NCBI GenBank assembly: GCA_964188305.1
Contig: OZ076894.1
Length of the DNA: 64,000 bases
Strand: one strand, 5' to 3'
Source: Podarcis bocagei
Taxonomy: Eukaryota
The translations under genes and the position numbers were made by a program. Under the pieces are notes generated by a model. It was not told where the DNA came from. It ran no database searches and saw only the letters and a program-made list of their open reading frames with translations. How positions within the stretch are numbered: position 1 is the first letter of the stretch; every line of letters begins with the position of its first letter. Positions 1-13,913 of the stretch are shown here, in pieces.

Positions 1-1239
1 CCTCACAGCTACATTGTGCAAAACTGAAACATTTAATGTGTATCTTCAACTACTGTTTTCATGGAGGAAAATTTGTGTCGTTTAAATATTTCCTTTTTAC
101 AAATGTATATTAAAATATATTAAATATTTCCAAATTTCAAACCATAATGGCCACATAAATACTACAAAATTTGAGTTGTGGGATGGGTTTTTTTGAGCAC
201 ACAGGGCAGAGATCATTATTTGATTTTTTTTAAAAAGCTGTTTAAGAGCAACTATTACATTTGAAGGATTAGAAGGCATTACCGCTAACTCTGTTTATAG
301 TGTTTTGCCTTGTGAAACTGATTTAAGATTTTGGTTCCAGACATTTTATAGTTCAGTCTCTGGGATTTAATCTCAATAATGTGTTACACTTGCTATTGTC
401 CCAGTGAATTTGTTGACAGACAGTAATTGGGTCACTGCATTGAAATACCAAGTGTAGGCTTAGAATTCTCTTTGCTGGTTGGCATGACAACCATAGTGGT
501 CGATTAAACATGCGCAGAGAGGAGTCAGCAGCCTGTGGTTCTCAGATACTGCAAAAAAGAGAGGGTAGAAATGTTAAAGAATGTTCCTTTAAAGAATACA
601 TAGGCAGAGAATTCCAGTGGCATCTGTTGTTTGTTAAAAAAAAAGGGCAGGGGGGAGATTGTGCAAACTGAAACGAGACAGAAAGACAATTAAAGCCTGA
701 CTATGTTTCATTGAATCTGAAACTTAAAGCACCCCCCAATGAATAATGAATCATCGCAAAAAGAAAATTAAAATCATTTGACAAAGTCAATGTCTGCAGG
801 GGAAAGAAAAGATAATTTCTTATGCTCTGCTGAGTGCAGTTCAAAACCAAGTTATGAAACAAACAGAAATGACCAATCTCCATGCAGATCAACTCCACTG
901 CATGTAGATGTCATTGGGTCAGTATGTTTACACCGATGTGAATTGTTTGCAATGCACTTCAAAGGTAATATTGCCTTCGTAGCAGTTTCAATACCACATC
1001 TACACTTACTGCAGTGTCCAGTGAGGTGTCCAGTGTGGCATTTGCTGCAACTTCTTTCGATCAGTTTTGCCTGAGGCGGCCTGATGTCATAGGCAGGGTC
1101 CTTGTGACAACAGGGCCAGCCATGTATCTCCCCAAGTGGGTCTAGGATCAATGCATCTTTGTGGGCGGTGATCCAGTCACTCCCATTGGTATGTGACAAC
1201 TACCACCTGGTCACAATTAACCCTCCCCCTTTAGGGAAA

Positions 1240-2220
1240 GTGATTTAAGAGGCTATCAGGAGAAGGCCAGGGTGAATATGATCCTGTTATTCTTACATGA
1301 TATCTCAACAGCTTTTTAGGATGGGTATTGGTGAAGGCATTGTTTCCCAGTGGTTCTGATCCTATTTCCAGGTTAGGTTCCAGAGAATAGAATTGGGTGA
1401 TTGTCTCCTTATCAGTGGGATGCCTTAGAATACCATCTTGTCCCCAATGCCATTTGACATCTACACGAAGCCATTGAGAACAGTCATTAAGAGATTTGGG
1501 GTGAGGTCATCAATACACTGATGATGCCCAGCTCTACTTCTCTGTAGCATCTGAATTGGGATAGGCCATGTAGGCGCTAGACTTGGACCTGAAGTTGGTG
1601 GTGGGCTGGAAGAGGGCCAATAAACTGACTCTGAATCCTGACAAGATGGTGATTCTGTGGGGTAGATGGTTCCCGAGTCTTGATAATTGGTCAATTGCCT
1701 GCTTTGGATGGGGCTGTACCCCCTCTGAAAGAGCAGGTTTGTAGTCCGGGGGTGTTCCTTGACCCATCTTTGCCTCTGGAATATCAGGTGACTTCAGCAG
1801 CTTGGAGTGTCTTCTATCAGCTAAGGCTGGTATGAGAATTACAGGCATTTATGGACCTGGATCACCTGACCACAGTCATCCATGCACAGGTAGCCTGAAG
1901 GCTGAATGACTGCAATGCACTCTATGTCCTTGAGGTTGGTTTGGAAGCTGCAGCAGGTGCAAAATGTAGCAGCTCAGCTGCTTCCTGGGGAAGTATATTG
2001 CTAACACTTCACCTCCCTGTTGAAATAATTGTGTTGGCTGCCAGTTAGCTACCAGGCTAAGGGGCTGTTTTTTGGTGCATGCAGTTTGGGACCAGGATAC
2101 CCGAAAGATTGTTTCACCCCTTATGTACCCAGTCAATCTCTGGGAAGGTGTGGGCCTCTTCTCATGATTTCTGTTTTGTACAATACGGAATTGGGGGCCT
2201 TTAGTGTTCTACACACAAAC
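1240..2220 (+). mobile_element. Old degenerate L2-clade LINE RT fragment
   Basis: Decayed versions of the LLDLSAAF, GVPQGSILSP..FNIY, QYADDTQLY and RLDYCNAL..LHWLPV motifs seen intact at 52649-53899; many stops and indels. Confidence 0.8.
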
Positions 2221-2516
2221 ACCCCGTGTGTTATGAAAAAGAGCACTCTGTTTTTCAGAGGTAGGCATTGTATCAGACAAGACTCAGGGACAGGCACAAG
2301 CAACTTGATATCTTGCTTGGGATAGCCACATTTTAAGGGGCATCAGTAAAACATGCAGTCAGAGATGCATATTAGAATCATTTGCGGTGTCAGAGAAGAT
2401 GCCAAGCATACCTTGCCTCTGCAACATATCTAGTGGTAATGGGACACACCTTGGATTCCTTAACACAACTGGTTGGGGCAGCCCCATGGTTTTGGGACAA
2501 CCCTGACTAGAATCAT

Positions 2517-2820
2517 GGGAGCTAATGTGGTGTAGTGCTTACAGTAAGGTTACCAGATGTCCCCGTTTCCTGGGGACAGTCCCTGGATTTACAAATAAAT
2601 CCCCTGACAAAATCCATCTATTTAGTAGGACGTTGAAAAGTGTTCCCGGATTCATTGAACAAAATCTGGTAACCTTAGCTTAGAGAGCTGTACTGGGACC
2701 TGGGATACCAGTGTTCACAATCCCCATTGGCCATGAAGTTCAGTGGGTGATAACATGACAAAGGGGAAAACCATTTATGCCACCTCGAGCTCCTTTGAGG
2801 AAAATGTAATAACAACTAAC
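2517..2820 (+). mobile_element. Old tRNA-derived Squam3-like SINE interrupted by a hAT MITE
   Basis: Head gctaatgtggtgtagtgcttag... resumes after the 2545-2677 insertion as ...agagctgtactgggacctgggataccagtgttc...ggccatgaagttcagtgggtga. Confidence 0.6.
2545..2677. mobile_element. hAT (Blackjack-like) MITE, 133 bp
   Basis: Perfect 14-bp TIRs TAAGGTTACCAGAT/ATCTGGTAACCTTA; 8-bp TSD gcttacag/gcttagag (7/8). Confidence 0.85.
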
Positions 2821-5800
2821 TAAAACAAATTTCTAGTATGTTAGGTTTCTTTCTTCACTGGTCATGTATGAAAATAGGTCTATCATTTCCGTAGTTATTT
2901 AAAAGTGTAAATGTACTTGGGTTTTTGCAATAAGTATACAGAGGAGAAATAACAAATGGTTTTGTATCTCTCATTCAAGCATCATGATGTCATAGTTTAA
3001 TATATCTGCCTGTGGATTGGCTCACGCTGATGAAAGCAGACAACAGTGCTAACAAATGAGTTAAATTGCTATTATGGGTCTTTAATAAAAAGAAACCATG
3101 TGGTTAATGAGAGAACTGGCTCTTTTCAGATTAGCTATTTACCTCTGTTGTTAACATTGTAAGATAATATAATAAATGTAGCACGTTGCACCTTGTATAC
3201 AGTGATTTGGTGCTTATTTTGGTTCAGCAACTGATAGTGTAGCAGAGTAAAGATGCAAGACTAGCTCATGGGACCGCTACTTATCTGCATAGTTTGCAAC
3301 AACATAAACCAATATGAGTGCAGATGAAAGTTTTTATGTAGAATAAAATGGAAATATGTGAACAGGCAGAAGATCTCTGTGCCAGTCTTTCCCCTACTCC
3401 AAAACAAACAAGCAACACAATGTGAGTATAAGATACTGCAGTTAATTAAATTGTTAAATGTGACCTCTTCTGCTTTGAATAGTGTGTGCGGATAAGGAAA
3501 TTTGGCCATATGCTGGTGGTTACATGTACACCCTGAGGTCATTCCTTGGTATTAATTGTTAGTAACTCAAGTAATCTGAGCTGACTTCTATATTGACATG
3601 AAGTGGTATAATTCAGACCAGACTCACAAATTTGTTACATTGTGGGGATTATTATGTATTGTATCCCCTGCAGAATTTTGCAGTAAACTGCAAATAATGC
3701 TTAAAATAAAGAATGTTTCCCAATATATTGAGGAAACACAAAATGGTCTTGCAGAAATCTCATTTAAATAGTAACAGTAATTTGAACCTATTTTATATAT
3801 GCACTGCATCCACAGGATCTAGTTTGCTTAGAAGTACTCTTGAGATTTGCTTTGTAATTTAAGAGGTCATTTTACAAATGCTTCAAAACACAGCATTGTT
3901 CATTTATCTTCCATGTGTTGCTTTTTCAGTTAGCAAAGAGTATCAGTGAGCAAGAAGAAGAAATGCTATATCAATATGTTTGTGCCTGTACTGTTCTACC
4001 ATTTTGATGTTCTCTTATATTATAATTTCCATGCAGTAGCATAAAGTGGTTGACTTGAAACCAGACTACTTAGTATTCCAGTGGTGTTTACCATTAGATT
4101 GCAGCTTTGAATGGAGTTTTACCAGAATATAGTTTCAGACATATTTTTATTAAATATTATTAGGAAAGAACATTTTGCATATCTGACATCAGGCTCGAAT
4201 CTTGCTTTTGATTTAAATGAAAAGTTACTGAGTTAGTCTGGTTATTTTAAAGTGTTGTAAACTTATGTGGCCCTCAGTGTGAACTTAAAAGAGGCTGGGG
4301 AGGAACAAGGATATGCAACTAGGAAAAGAAATTCATAGGAGAAGATAATTTGTATATTTCTCTATCCACACTGTAAGATCAAATAATTGTCTGGACTAAA
4401 TAAAAACATTATGGAAGGATGCCTTGACACTCAAGAAGTATTTGTGTGGAAAATCTAATAATTGATATCCAGTTGGAGTGTCCTGCTTATGCTAACAGTG
4501 TTGGGGAGCTGTAGGAGGGAAGGAGAAGGGGAAGTCATGTCTGTTGGTGTGATGTTGGGTGTCATCCAAATGGACCACCTTAGTAAGCAGTATTTCTGGA
4601 ACCAAAGGGAAAGGCCAATAAGGCCTTAAGGCCTTACACTGTCCATTCAACCATGGCCCATTCACTTGGGTCTTCTTATCTTGTTCAAGATTTAAGGCTT
4701 AGAATTATGGTCAGAAGAAAATGTAGGCTTCTGCAGCATTTCCACAGATTATGCATCCACAGATGATGATAGCGTTCTCAGCCCTGTCAATACCTTTTTG
4801 GTTGACTCACTATGTACAGAAAACAAAATAATTATGATGGTGCTGCATTTGCTGTGTTGGTGTGGTGTTTGGTTCATGAATTTTTATAAGGCAATTTGAT
4901 ATCTGTGGAAGAGCAACATACCTATAAAAGACAAGAACTGCTTATTCGTTCCATTATATTTTCCAAAACCACTTCCTTTATTAGATATTAGCATACATAC
5001 CTACAACAAACTATAAAAAAGGAGAGGGTTGTTTCGTGGAGAAAAACTGGAGTTAGTTTGGTATGGCTGTGAAGAAATGTGCATGTTGTGTGCATGAAAA
5101 TCTGGCAGCTGTGCATGTTTACTTCATTTTCATGTCGCAATGTAGTTGTTCCTCTTCTTTCTTTTTGAACACTTAGAAAAATAGGAAGATATCACTGCAC
5201 ACTTTATCTTATCTCTTGCAGTTTCTGTATATGGATTGCTCCATCTTTTATTTATTTATTGTTGTTTTTCAGCAGGTTTCAGTAGTTGTTTGTAAACAGC
5301 TGTGTCCAGTCTTGTCTCTCCCACTTCCCTCTACTTGTTTTGGATAATGTACGCACAGGAGGAATAGAATCCTTTAGTGCTCAGACATTTAATATCTGGT
5401 GACACATTTTGCCTTAACCAGTGCGAAAAGGACCCGCTTGCAATCAGCAAAGTGTGTATAAACTATGAAGTCAAGGCTGATTTGGTTGCATTAGAAGCAA
5501 GCAGACATTTTTGTTTTGTTCTGTCTGTTAGATACATCACTAGGGGATGATCTTGGCAGAGAAAGCCACTGCAGGAACTTCTGTGTGTTTATCAGAGCTG
5601 CTTCATTTGGAAGGAGCTTCTGAACTGAAGTTGCACATTTAAAATGGCAAAACCAGAACATCCCCCCCCCCGGCACTTTTTGCATAGTTCAGACCTGGGG
5701 TCCCCAACATTTTTGACCTGGAAGCCCATTTAGAAATCTAATAAACTACCATGGGTACCACAAAAATGCCCAATTCTCAGAATCCCCCCCCCACCCAAAT

Positions 5801-7658
5801 GAAACACAAGCAAATAAGTAGGAACCCTCCTAAATAGTCAACCTGTCAATCATTCAACTCAAAAAGTTCCCCAAACCTATCAATTTTAAAAGCTTAATGG
5901 CGGTGGCAGGAGGTCTGAGGGTCAAGGGTATGTGTGGCTGAGAGTGCTCTGGTGCCCACTGACATTACTTTGGAGAGCCCATGTTGAGAATATGAGAATC
6001 ACATTGTAATAGCTGCTTTTTTTGTTTTTGAAAAGTGCCCATGGTTGTAGAAATGTTAATGTTAAAAATATATTTGCTGTATATGTCAAAGCAGAGAACA
6101 TGCTAAGTGAGTTTTTGAATCATTGGCTTGAATTGTAAGATAAACAAATGGGAGGAAATTTGCAGCATGGAAGTTTGCCGTTCTTTTTCTTTCCTACAGC
6201 TGCCTACATTCACCCTCTGAGGGTTGAGAGGCCCTCCTGAATCATGTAGGATGAGGTAGAGGATGCTGTAGTTGGAGGTGGTGATTGACACCTGCCTATT
6301 TGGGGCTCTTCACCCCTCCTAAATGCCCCTTCCTTATCCCATATTGTTCAGAAGGGTCCCTGTTGTTCCAGAAATGCCTTTCAGGGTTACCAGCAGCTGC
6401 AGAGGGGACAAGGGGAGAGCAAACTTTTGTTAAAAAATGTGAACGTCCTTCTCCTTATGCATCTAAGGATCCAAGTCATTATATTTTACTCAGTCTTTTT
6501 CATTATTTTTGATCTGCTTGATGTCAAATTAACTAACTGGAGTACATATGTCATAGTTGTTGTATCAACTTTGGTTTTGCCTTTGGCCTGTTTATACAAA
6601 CTGCATGAATTGCAATGTGCATGTTTGCTGCGGGTTGCAGCTTTCCAGATCACACTATCATTTAACAAGTTTTCTCATGGCTCGATTCCCACCCACTTAC
6701 GATTGCATCTAAACCATGTCATAAATGTCTTGATGTTGGTGTCATGTGTTATTTTTAAAGTGTTCCTGAACCTGTGGAGAGTAATAGCAGAGAGGTGAAG
6801 GAAAATCAGCATCACACAGCTCTTCCTTATTTGTGTTAGCAGAGAGAATCCTCTGTTACCTGGAGGATTGTTCTGAACTACATCTCCCATCAGCTTTGGG
6901 CATCATGACTAATGGTCAAGGATGGTCAGAATTGTAGTCCAAAATGCCTGGAGGGCACCAGGCCAGTGATCTAGAGGAAATTTCAACTTACTATGCTGTG
7001 TTTGTCCACAGTAGTGCATTTAGATGAAACACGGCTGAGGCTGGCAGGACATTCACTGTTTATGTGATTTTGAGACACAATGCAGTAGCTAAAAATAACT
7101 GACTTTCAAGCCCCCCCCCCCCACATTGTGAATAGCAGACTGCATTGCTCTCTGCCCCAATGATGGTCCTTACACTCAACTGCTAAGAGAGAAGAATGTT
7201 CCACAGATTCAGGAAACTGCTCCCATATCAAACCATGCATTTCCCATGTTTATTTCATTTGACTGCATTAGTCATATACTTAATTTTTTTTCTGCCTACT
7301 TGGTGTTTACACCTTTCAGATATGGGCAGTAGGACAGGGAGAGAGGAAGAAATCTGCTTGGTTAACATGCACCTCACTTGTCATCGTTTAGGTAAGCTGT
7401 ACATTTGCTATTTTAGTTCTTCCTCAAAAATTGGCCCACTCCACAAGGATTCCCTCTTGGACAGCACTGCAGAGTAAAGACTGGACCTAGGACGATGTGG
7501 AAAAAGCAAGCAGATTATCAGAAGCGAGTATAAACTTACGTTACTTTGTAGATCTTTCTGATATGGAACTGTTGGGCACTGAATGTGCTATGCACTTACT
7601 GGTCTGCAACATATGCACAAGAGGCATGATTATACCTGGCTTCTCCCAGTCTCTAGGC

Positions 7659-7974
7659 CAAGGGTGGAACCCTTTTTAGTCCAAGGGCCACATTCCCTTA
7701 TGGGCAACCTTCTGGGGGCTGCATAAGCAAGTCTTGAAGAAAAAGTGGGGGGAGCAATGAATGCCACTTTCGCCTTTGTGCAGTAGAGTACATCCTAGTG
7801 ATTTTTAGACATGCACACATCAACCAATGCACCCAGGCAAGCAAGAGGCTTTGTCACAATTACGTAAGCACTCAACAAAGGAGTTCAGTGGGGCTGGTGA
7901 GGGGTGTGACCTGGGGTATGGCCTAGGGGAATTCCTGAAGACCAGTTAGAAAGGCCTGAGGTTTCCCATCTCTG
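7659..7974. mobile_element. Old non-autonomous hAT element
   Basis: Degenerate TIRs caagggtggaacc...ggtttcccatctctg; TSD ctctaggc/ctctaggt. Confidence 0.65.
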
Positions 7975-8235
7975 CTCTAGGTATATTTGCTGTTGCTTCA
8001 CTACCATTGCAGAATGAATACCCAAGGATGAGTGACTTGCTAGCCTGGTTATCTCTGTCCCTGTACAATATGGAAGAGCTAATCTTGGCAGCATCACCAC
8101 TAGGCCTGAAGAACATCATCTGAATCAGCCACATGCTTTCTAGCTCTTACAAAACAGAATTTTGTAAGAGACAGCATTTTGCTGCAGCAGCACATCAAAC
8201 TTCAATTCCCTGACTAAGGTCAGCATCTCCTGGAA

Positions 8236-8461
8236 CAGGGGTTGCCAACTTTATTGGACCAGTGGGCACATTTACAATTTAGAGAGGATGTTGGGGGTGC
8301 CAGTCACAAAATAGCTGCTCTGGGGTAAGCATGACCTAACACGAAATGGCTGCCATGCAAAGTGTGGCATAACACAAAATTAGAGAGACAGCTACCCCAG
8401 ACAGCCTTGTGGTTACCATGGCAAGTCCTGATTGTGCAGAATGAGTATTTTGTGATCTCTG

Positions 8462-8535
<74 letters not shown>

Positions 8536-8814
8536 TGTTGCTGTTGCTGTTGCTGTTTAATAGCAAGGAGCATGCCTCAGTACCAGTAAAAAGATACAAG
8601 GTAGTCACATCACACTTACTGCCATTTCAAAGAAATTGCTTAAAAGATACCTGCACATCTTATCTCATAACTTACTGCCCCAGGAAGTCTAGAATCGTAC
8701 CTTTTTTTAAAAAAAAAATATGAAAGCCCAGTGCCTAGCGCATTTGCCCAGGGGTGCCAGTCAAAGCCTTTGTGAATTCTACAGCACCTGTGGGCATTGG
8801 GTTGGCAAGCCCTG
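8236..8814. mobile_element. Old non-autonomous hAT element containing a compound microsatellite
   Basis: Ends caggggttgccaac...gttggcaagccctg; TSD degraded. Confidence 0.6.
8464..8556 (+). repeat. Compound microsatellite (CT)n(CA)n(TGTTGC)n
   Basis: Directly visible. Confidence 0.95.
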
Positions 8815-9985
8815 TTCTATAGTCTAGCCAAGTTCTGTCACTTGGATTCTGCCTTCCCACTCAAACTTATTCTGGGAAATGGTTTCCAATCCTTACCACT
8901 ACTATGTAAACCTCTACTAGCAGCAAACAGAGGGAAGTTCGAATCTTTAGGGTTCTTAGTGGCTACATAGTTCAGTTCTAAATCCCACCACCACTCATGG
9001 AGAAGTGCCTACACTATTTTCCCCATGGTCTGCTTTCCCTACACATCATGCAAGCCTTGTTAAACTCTCTCTCATCTGACAGTCATTTTGGAGTCTGAGA
9101 TTCAATACTCTGCTTAGTAGACTGGTTACAGCTTCTGGTTCTTTGTGGCTTGAGGTCAGCTAGAATGAGTTGCCATGTCACCCAGTTCTCCACAAAGCAC
9201 ACAACCACTCAGATGAGTTTCTCTCCCAGACTCTTTTCATAATTTTGAAAAGGTGAGGATTGTACACTGTCAGCCTCTTCAAGCTTCCTTCCTTCAATTG
9301 CTTATGAAAATAATCTCCAAACAGTGTCAATAAAGAATTTCCAGATAACAGATAGTAGACATTTATAATCAATTCAAAGAAGGCTGCACTGACAAATTAT
9401 TTGTGAACAAAGAGTCAGAGAAACAAAGTAGAAGATCAAAATTCTTCATTTGAAATCCTTTGGGAATGCATTGGCTGAAAGTGATTTATTTATATTGTGC
9501 TATTAAATGGAGCATTCATAAATGAGATGTGAATAATTTATTCAACAGATATGATAAAATATAGAAACTGTCTTCTGTTTAAATTCTGAGTGTATAATGT
9601 GGGTAATGGAAGTACTATGTGTAACCACATTTAAGTGCATGCAAAATTGCTTTCATGTGATGCAGCTTGAAAGTAGGACAGTGACATAAGAAGGAATCCG
9701 CTTATTGAAGATCTTCTCTCTCCCTCCCTTCCTATTTTCATAAGTTGGAAACAGAGAAAATTCAGATTTTATTTTTCCAGAGTGGAGGGACATTGGAAGA
9801 AAAGACCACTTCCAATTCATGGGTTTTCATGACCAACATTAGAGTTGTCAGAGCTTATATAACCTCCTTGATGTCTTGCTGTAGAGGTATTCACAGTGAC
9901 ACATATAAACACAAACACACACACACATATATATGCAACTGCCTACTGTGTGTGTGTGTGTGTATTTTCAATAGCAGACATGTTA

Positions 9986-10058
9986 GGAGCCAGTGTGGTG
10001 TAGTGGTTAAGAGCGGTAGTCTCGTAATCTGGGGAACCGGGTTCGCGTCTCCGCTCCT
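9986..10058 (+). mobile_element. 5' tRNA-head fragment of a Squam3-like SINE
   Basis: Matches the first ~70 nt of the full copies at 19947 and 44149. Confidence 0.8.
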
Positions 10059-10329
10059 GCAGTCCTGCAGATCATAATGATCATTTTAGTTTTGTAAAAT
10101 AGTATCAGCATGTGTCTGGAAAAGACATTTGGATAGAGGATGACAACGGGAAGCCACTGGCTGGCCAAATACGGTGACAGCAACTGCCATTGCTAATGCC
10201 ACCACTGTTGTAGCTTTTCAGGTGTCTTCTTACTGCCTGATTTTAACTCTCCCTCCCTTTTTTTCTTTTTGGCGCAGAGCGTAGTGGGAGAAAGGGAATA
10301 AGAAAGAAGCATGTAGATAGCTTCTAGTC

Positions 10330-10840
10330 CAGGGGTCGGCAAACTAAGGTCAGCGGGCCGGTTCAGGCCCAATTGCCTTCAGGATCCGGCCCACAGACTG
10401 CCCGTGGATCAGCATGGGGATTCTGCCCCATTTTTTCCTGCGCCATTCTGTCCCCTCCCACACCGCTGTGGCGCCTCCTCCCTCCCTCCTCCTGGCTTCT
10501 CCCCATCCTGCCTAGAGGAGGAAGGGGGCTGGCCTGGCCTGGCTGAACACCATTTTAAGCAGCCCCTCTCCAGAGCCAGCCCTTTCGCTCCACTCATCTT
10601 CCTGCCCCTGCCCTGGTGCTCCTGTGGGCCAGAGAGCGGAGCGGACGAGCTCATTCTGCCTACCCCTGAGAAGCAGCAGCCCCAGGGAAGGTAAGCACAG
10701 TGGCTGGGGGTGGGGAGGAGGACTACTTGCCCCCCTCACCTCTTTTTTCAGCTCCCCCCCCCAGTCCCGCTTCTCCGGCCCGCCACAAGGTCTGAGGGAC
10801 AGTGGACTGGTCCGCAGCTAAAAAATTTTGCCGACCCCTG
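10330..10840. mobile_element. Non-autonomous hAT (Charlie/Buster group) with GC-rich interior
   Basis: 14-bp TIR CAGGGGTCGGCAAA; perfect TSD ttctagtc (10322-10329, 10841-10848). Subterminal sequence shared, in inverted orientation, with the copies at 15520 and 32155. Confidence 0.93.
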
Positions 10841-11982
10841 TTCTAGTCAGTCATCCACGATCCCCTATATCTTCTGTGCTGTTGCAATGTCTAATGAAGT
10901 TAAAGTTTAGATCACATGAGTAGGGTGAACCCGGTCTCTCAATGAATAGCTCAGACCTGGGGAACTTAATGAGTGCTGTACTACTGAGTGGACTGGCATC
11001 ACTTCAATGTCTCCTGGCCATTCTGCTAGTTGCTAGCAATTTTACATGGCAAATTTCAGAGATTCTAGTTTTGTAGAAGAGCAGAAAAAAATCCCGCATT
11101 TCACATTTTTTGAAGGACAAGTCTAGATGCTAAAAATTGAAAGACTCAAATTAAGTCTTCATCATCAAAGCACAAATGGAATTCTGTTATGTGGTTCTTC
11201 TAAAAACAAAATACTTAAAAGTTAGTAAGAAATCAACAATGTTTGACATTATTGGTCATGTTCAGGACAAGTTACCATACTTCATGGAGGAGGGCTTAAA
11301 GAATATGACTTGGCTCAGGCGGTGAAGGAAAAGAATAGAAGTCAGATTTTTTCATCACTTTAAAAGGTTCTAAACCTATGAAAATACTGGTTTAACTATC
11401 AATAAATATAGCTTGGTTGCTCTTGGAAAGAAGAATTCACTAAAACACCTATAAAAGTCTGTGACTTGTGTGTTGGGTATTCTAAGCAAATGCCTTGATT
11501 CCTTTGATCCTATATAATGTTCATGGCCGAGTCAAATGTGCAATGCTTCATTCAGTAGAATGCCCTCAAGGCAGCTTTATTTGATGGTAAGAGCTAATGA
11601 AGATCTGTGATTTGCTCTTCCCCTTTCTTTTGCTCCATGTTTCCTGTTAAGAATTAATTTATTTCTTGAGCCCGAGGATACTGAAGTCCCAGCATTGATC
11701 CTAAACTCAGCCAGCTATTCATTGGTAGATTCTAATAAGATCACTCAGTTCATTGTTTGTTTGGGTGTCACTTCACAAAAAGTGTCACTACACATATTGG
11801 CCTAATCTTATAAATGAAACTAGTTCAGGTGCTTTGGGATCTTAAATACAAAAATACACTAGTTAAGCCTTATGCTGAAAAATGTCACCTTGATTCTGGG
11901 TGCACTCCAGTCACGCACAGAGTTCCTATGTTTCCATAGAGAACTGTCTCCTCTTGAAGAAGATAGGGGAGTCTTGAATATA

Positions 11983-12208
11983 CAGTGGTACCTTGGGTTA
12001 AGTTCTTAATTCATTCCGGAGGTCTGTACTTAACCTGAAACTGTTCATAACCTGAAGCACTACTTTAGCTAATGGGGCCTCCTGCTGCTGCTGTGCTGCC
12101 AGAGCACGATTTCTGTTCTCATCCTGAAGCAAAGTTCTTAACCTGAAGCACTATTTCTGGGTTAGCGGAGTCTGTAACCTGAAGCGTATGTAACCCGAGG
12201 TACCACTG
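11983..12208. mobile_element. Tc1/mariner (Tigger-like) MITE
   Basis: TIR CAGTGGTACCTYGGGTTA, TA TSD; sister copy at 38354-38593. Confidence 0.9.
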
Positions 12209-13860
12209 TACCCTGAAGACTCCAATGTTCCTGCAGCAAATCTATGTGAGGGAAATAAAGCCAGAGGTAGAAAAGGCTTCCCAAAGACGTGTTTATAAGA
12301 TCTTCTTCTGCTTGTCCAATTTTAATTTGTAGATGACTTCTTGTATCTGAAACAGTATTTTAGAAGGGTTTGTACAACAGTAAAACCCATGTTGGGTGCA
12401 GGACAATTCTTCATTTTACAAACACAGGGATTGCTTTGCTGCTCTAAAATGTCAAGACCTATTTGACATACATATTTCCTCAGTCATGTTATTGATTCCT
12501 TATTGCAGTACTTTGCCATCCATATTTTTGATTTGCCTTAGTTTGCTGTAAATTGGTAGATGCACTGACCATGTAATGCTTCGATTGATTTTGTTGCATG
12601 TTGATTTACAGTGTGTTATACCGATCATGGCCTTTTTGGTTGCTTTTGAGAATAGCTTTCATGATGACTGGCCTGCATCTCCTTTCAGTAGCACTATTTC
12701 AGCACTGCTGAGTTCAGTGGTGCTACCCATGAGAAAAGAATTCATTCTGTTTGGTCTTAGTACCAGGGGTGTCACGGTAAGCCCCACTTCGCTCAATCAG
12801 TCACAAGAGTGGCAATGTTCATCAACTTTGGGGATCCCCAGCCCCCTCAAATATTTCATTAGGGAGGTTGAGGGGACCTTGGCCCTTAGGAGTTGGCTAC
12901 TATGCCTTAGATCCTATGTGTTTTAATCACTCATACTTCGAGAAGGAGGGAAAGGGACATGTATTTTCTGCAAGATGTTGTTAGAATGTATTTGCATGCA
13001 ATTGGAGTTGTTGTAATGTTGGCTAATATCTCTTAGCGCTGGGATAAAACTTATGCGTGTGTGTGCATATACACATACATGTGGCATATACACACGTCTT
13101 TAAGCACTAGTATTATAAACTCGAACAATTTCTAAAAGTATAGTAAAACAAAACTTACAACTGCTATTTAATATTTACATTAAGCAAGAAATAAAACTGT
13201 TTGAAGTGTAGGACAGTGACTTCACAATCTTTTTAATTTAAAACGTTTCTCCTTTATGAAATCTTTGGAATTATTCCTTATTCTCACGAGTCCAAGTTGT
13301 TACTGCATTTGCTTAAATTCAACCCTTGTTGACATTGTTCCTCCCACCTCCTTTTTCATATATGCCACTGTCAAAATTATGACAATATGCTTTTCAGGTG
13401 GGTTTTGCATCTTGAACCTTTGTGATGGCACAGATTTTTCTGCTGAAACATCTGAAACTATCCAATGACGCAGTACGCAACTATGTGTGCTTTAGTCCTA
13501 TAATTGCATAGTGATCTCTGAAATACACAGGCTCTCAATCACACACCCACACTCTCTATAGTCCTATTCATGCAACTGAATAAAACAAACATGAAGGAAG
13601 GTGTGGGATTGTGGTGACCTTTGCATGTTGGCTGTATCACCTGTACAGTCTTTATGCACTTGCTTTATGGGTAGGTGAAAGCCATGCAGAAACTAGGTAC
13701 CCAACTGCTCTGAAAAACCACGCTTGCCTGTGTGTACATTTCATACACACAGAGAAACTGTACAGTAAATACATATAGATGGGTATGGGACTTGCTGCCA
13801 AGATCTCGCTCCTGCATATGCATGTTTTCTGTATATACTTCCAATTTTGTGACCAGTACA

Positions 13861-13862
<2 letters not shown>

Positions 13863-13910
<48 letters not shown>
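13863..13910 (+). repeat. (TC)n microsatellite
   Basis: Directly visible. Confidence 0.95.

Positions 13911-13913
<3 letters not shown>

Noticed and set aside
852-1199. Cys/His-rich minus ORF (CSKCHTGHLTGHCSKC) resembling a zinc finger
   Set aside because: Pattern arises from a short local duplication (gtgtccagtg); no coherent domain or splice support.
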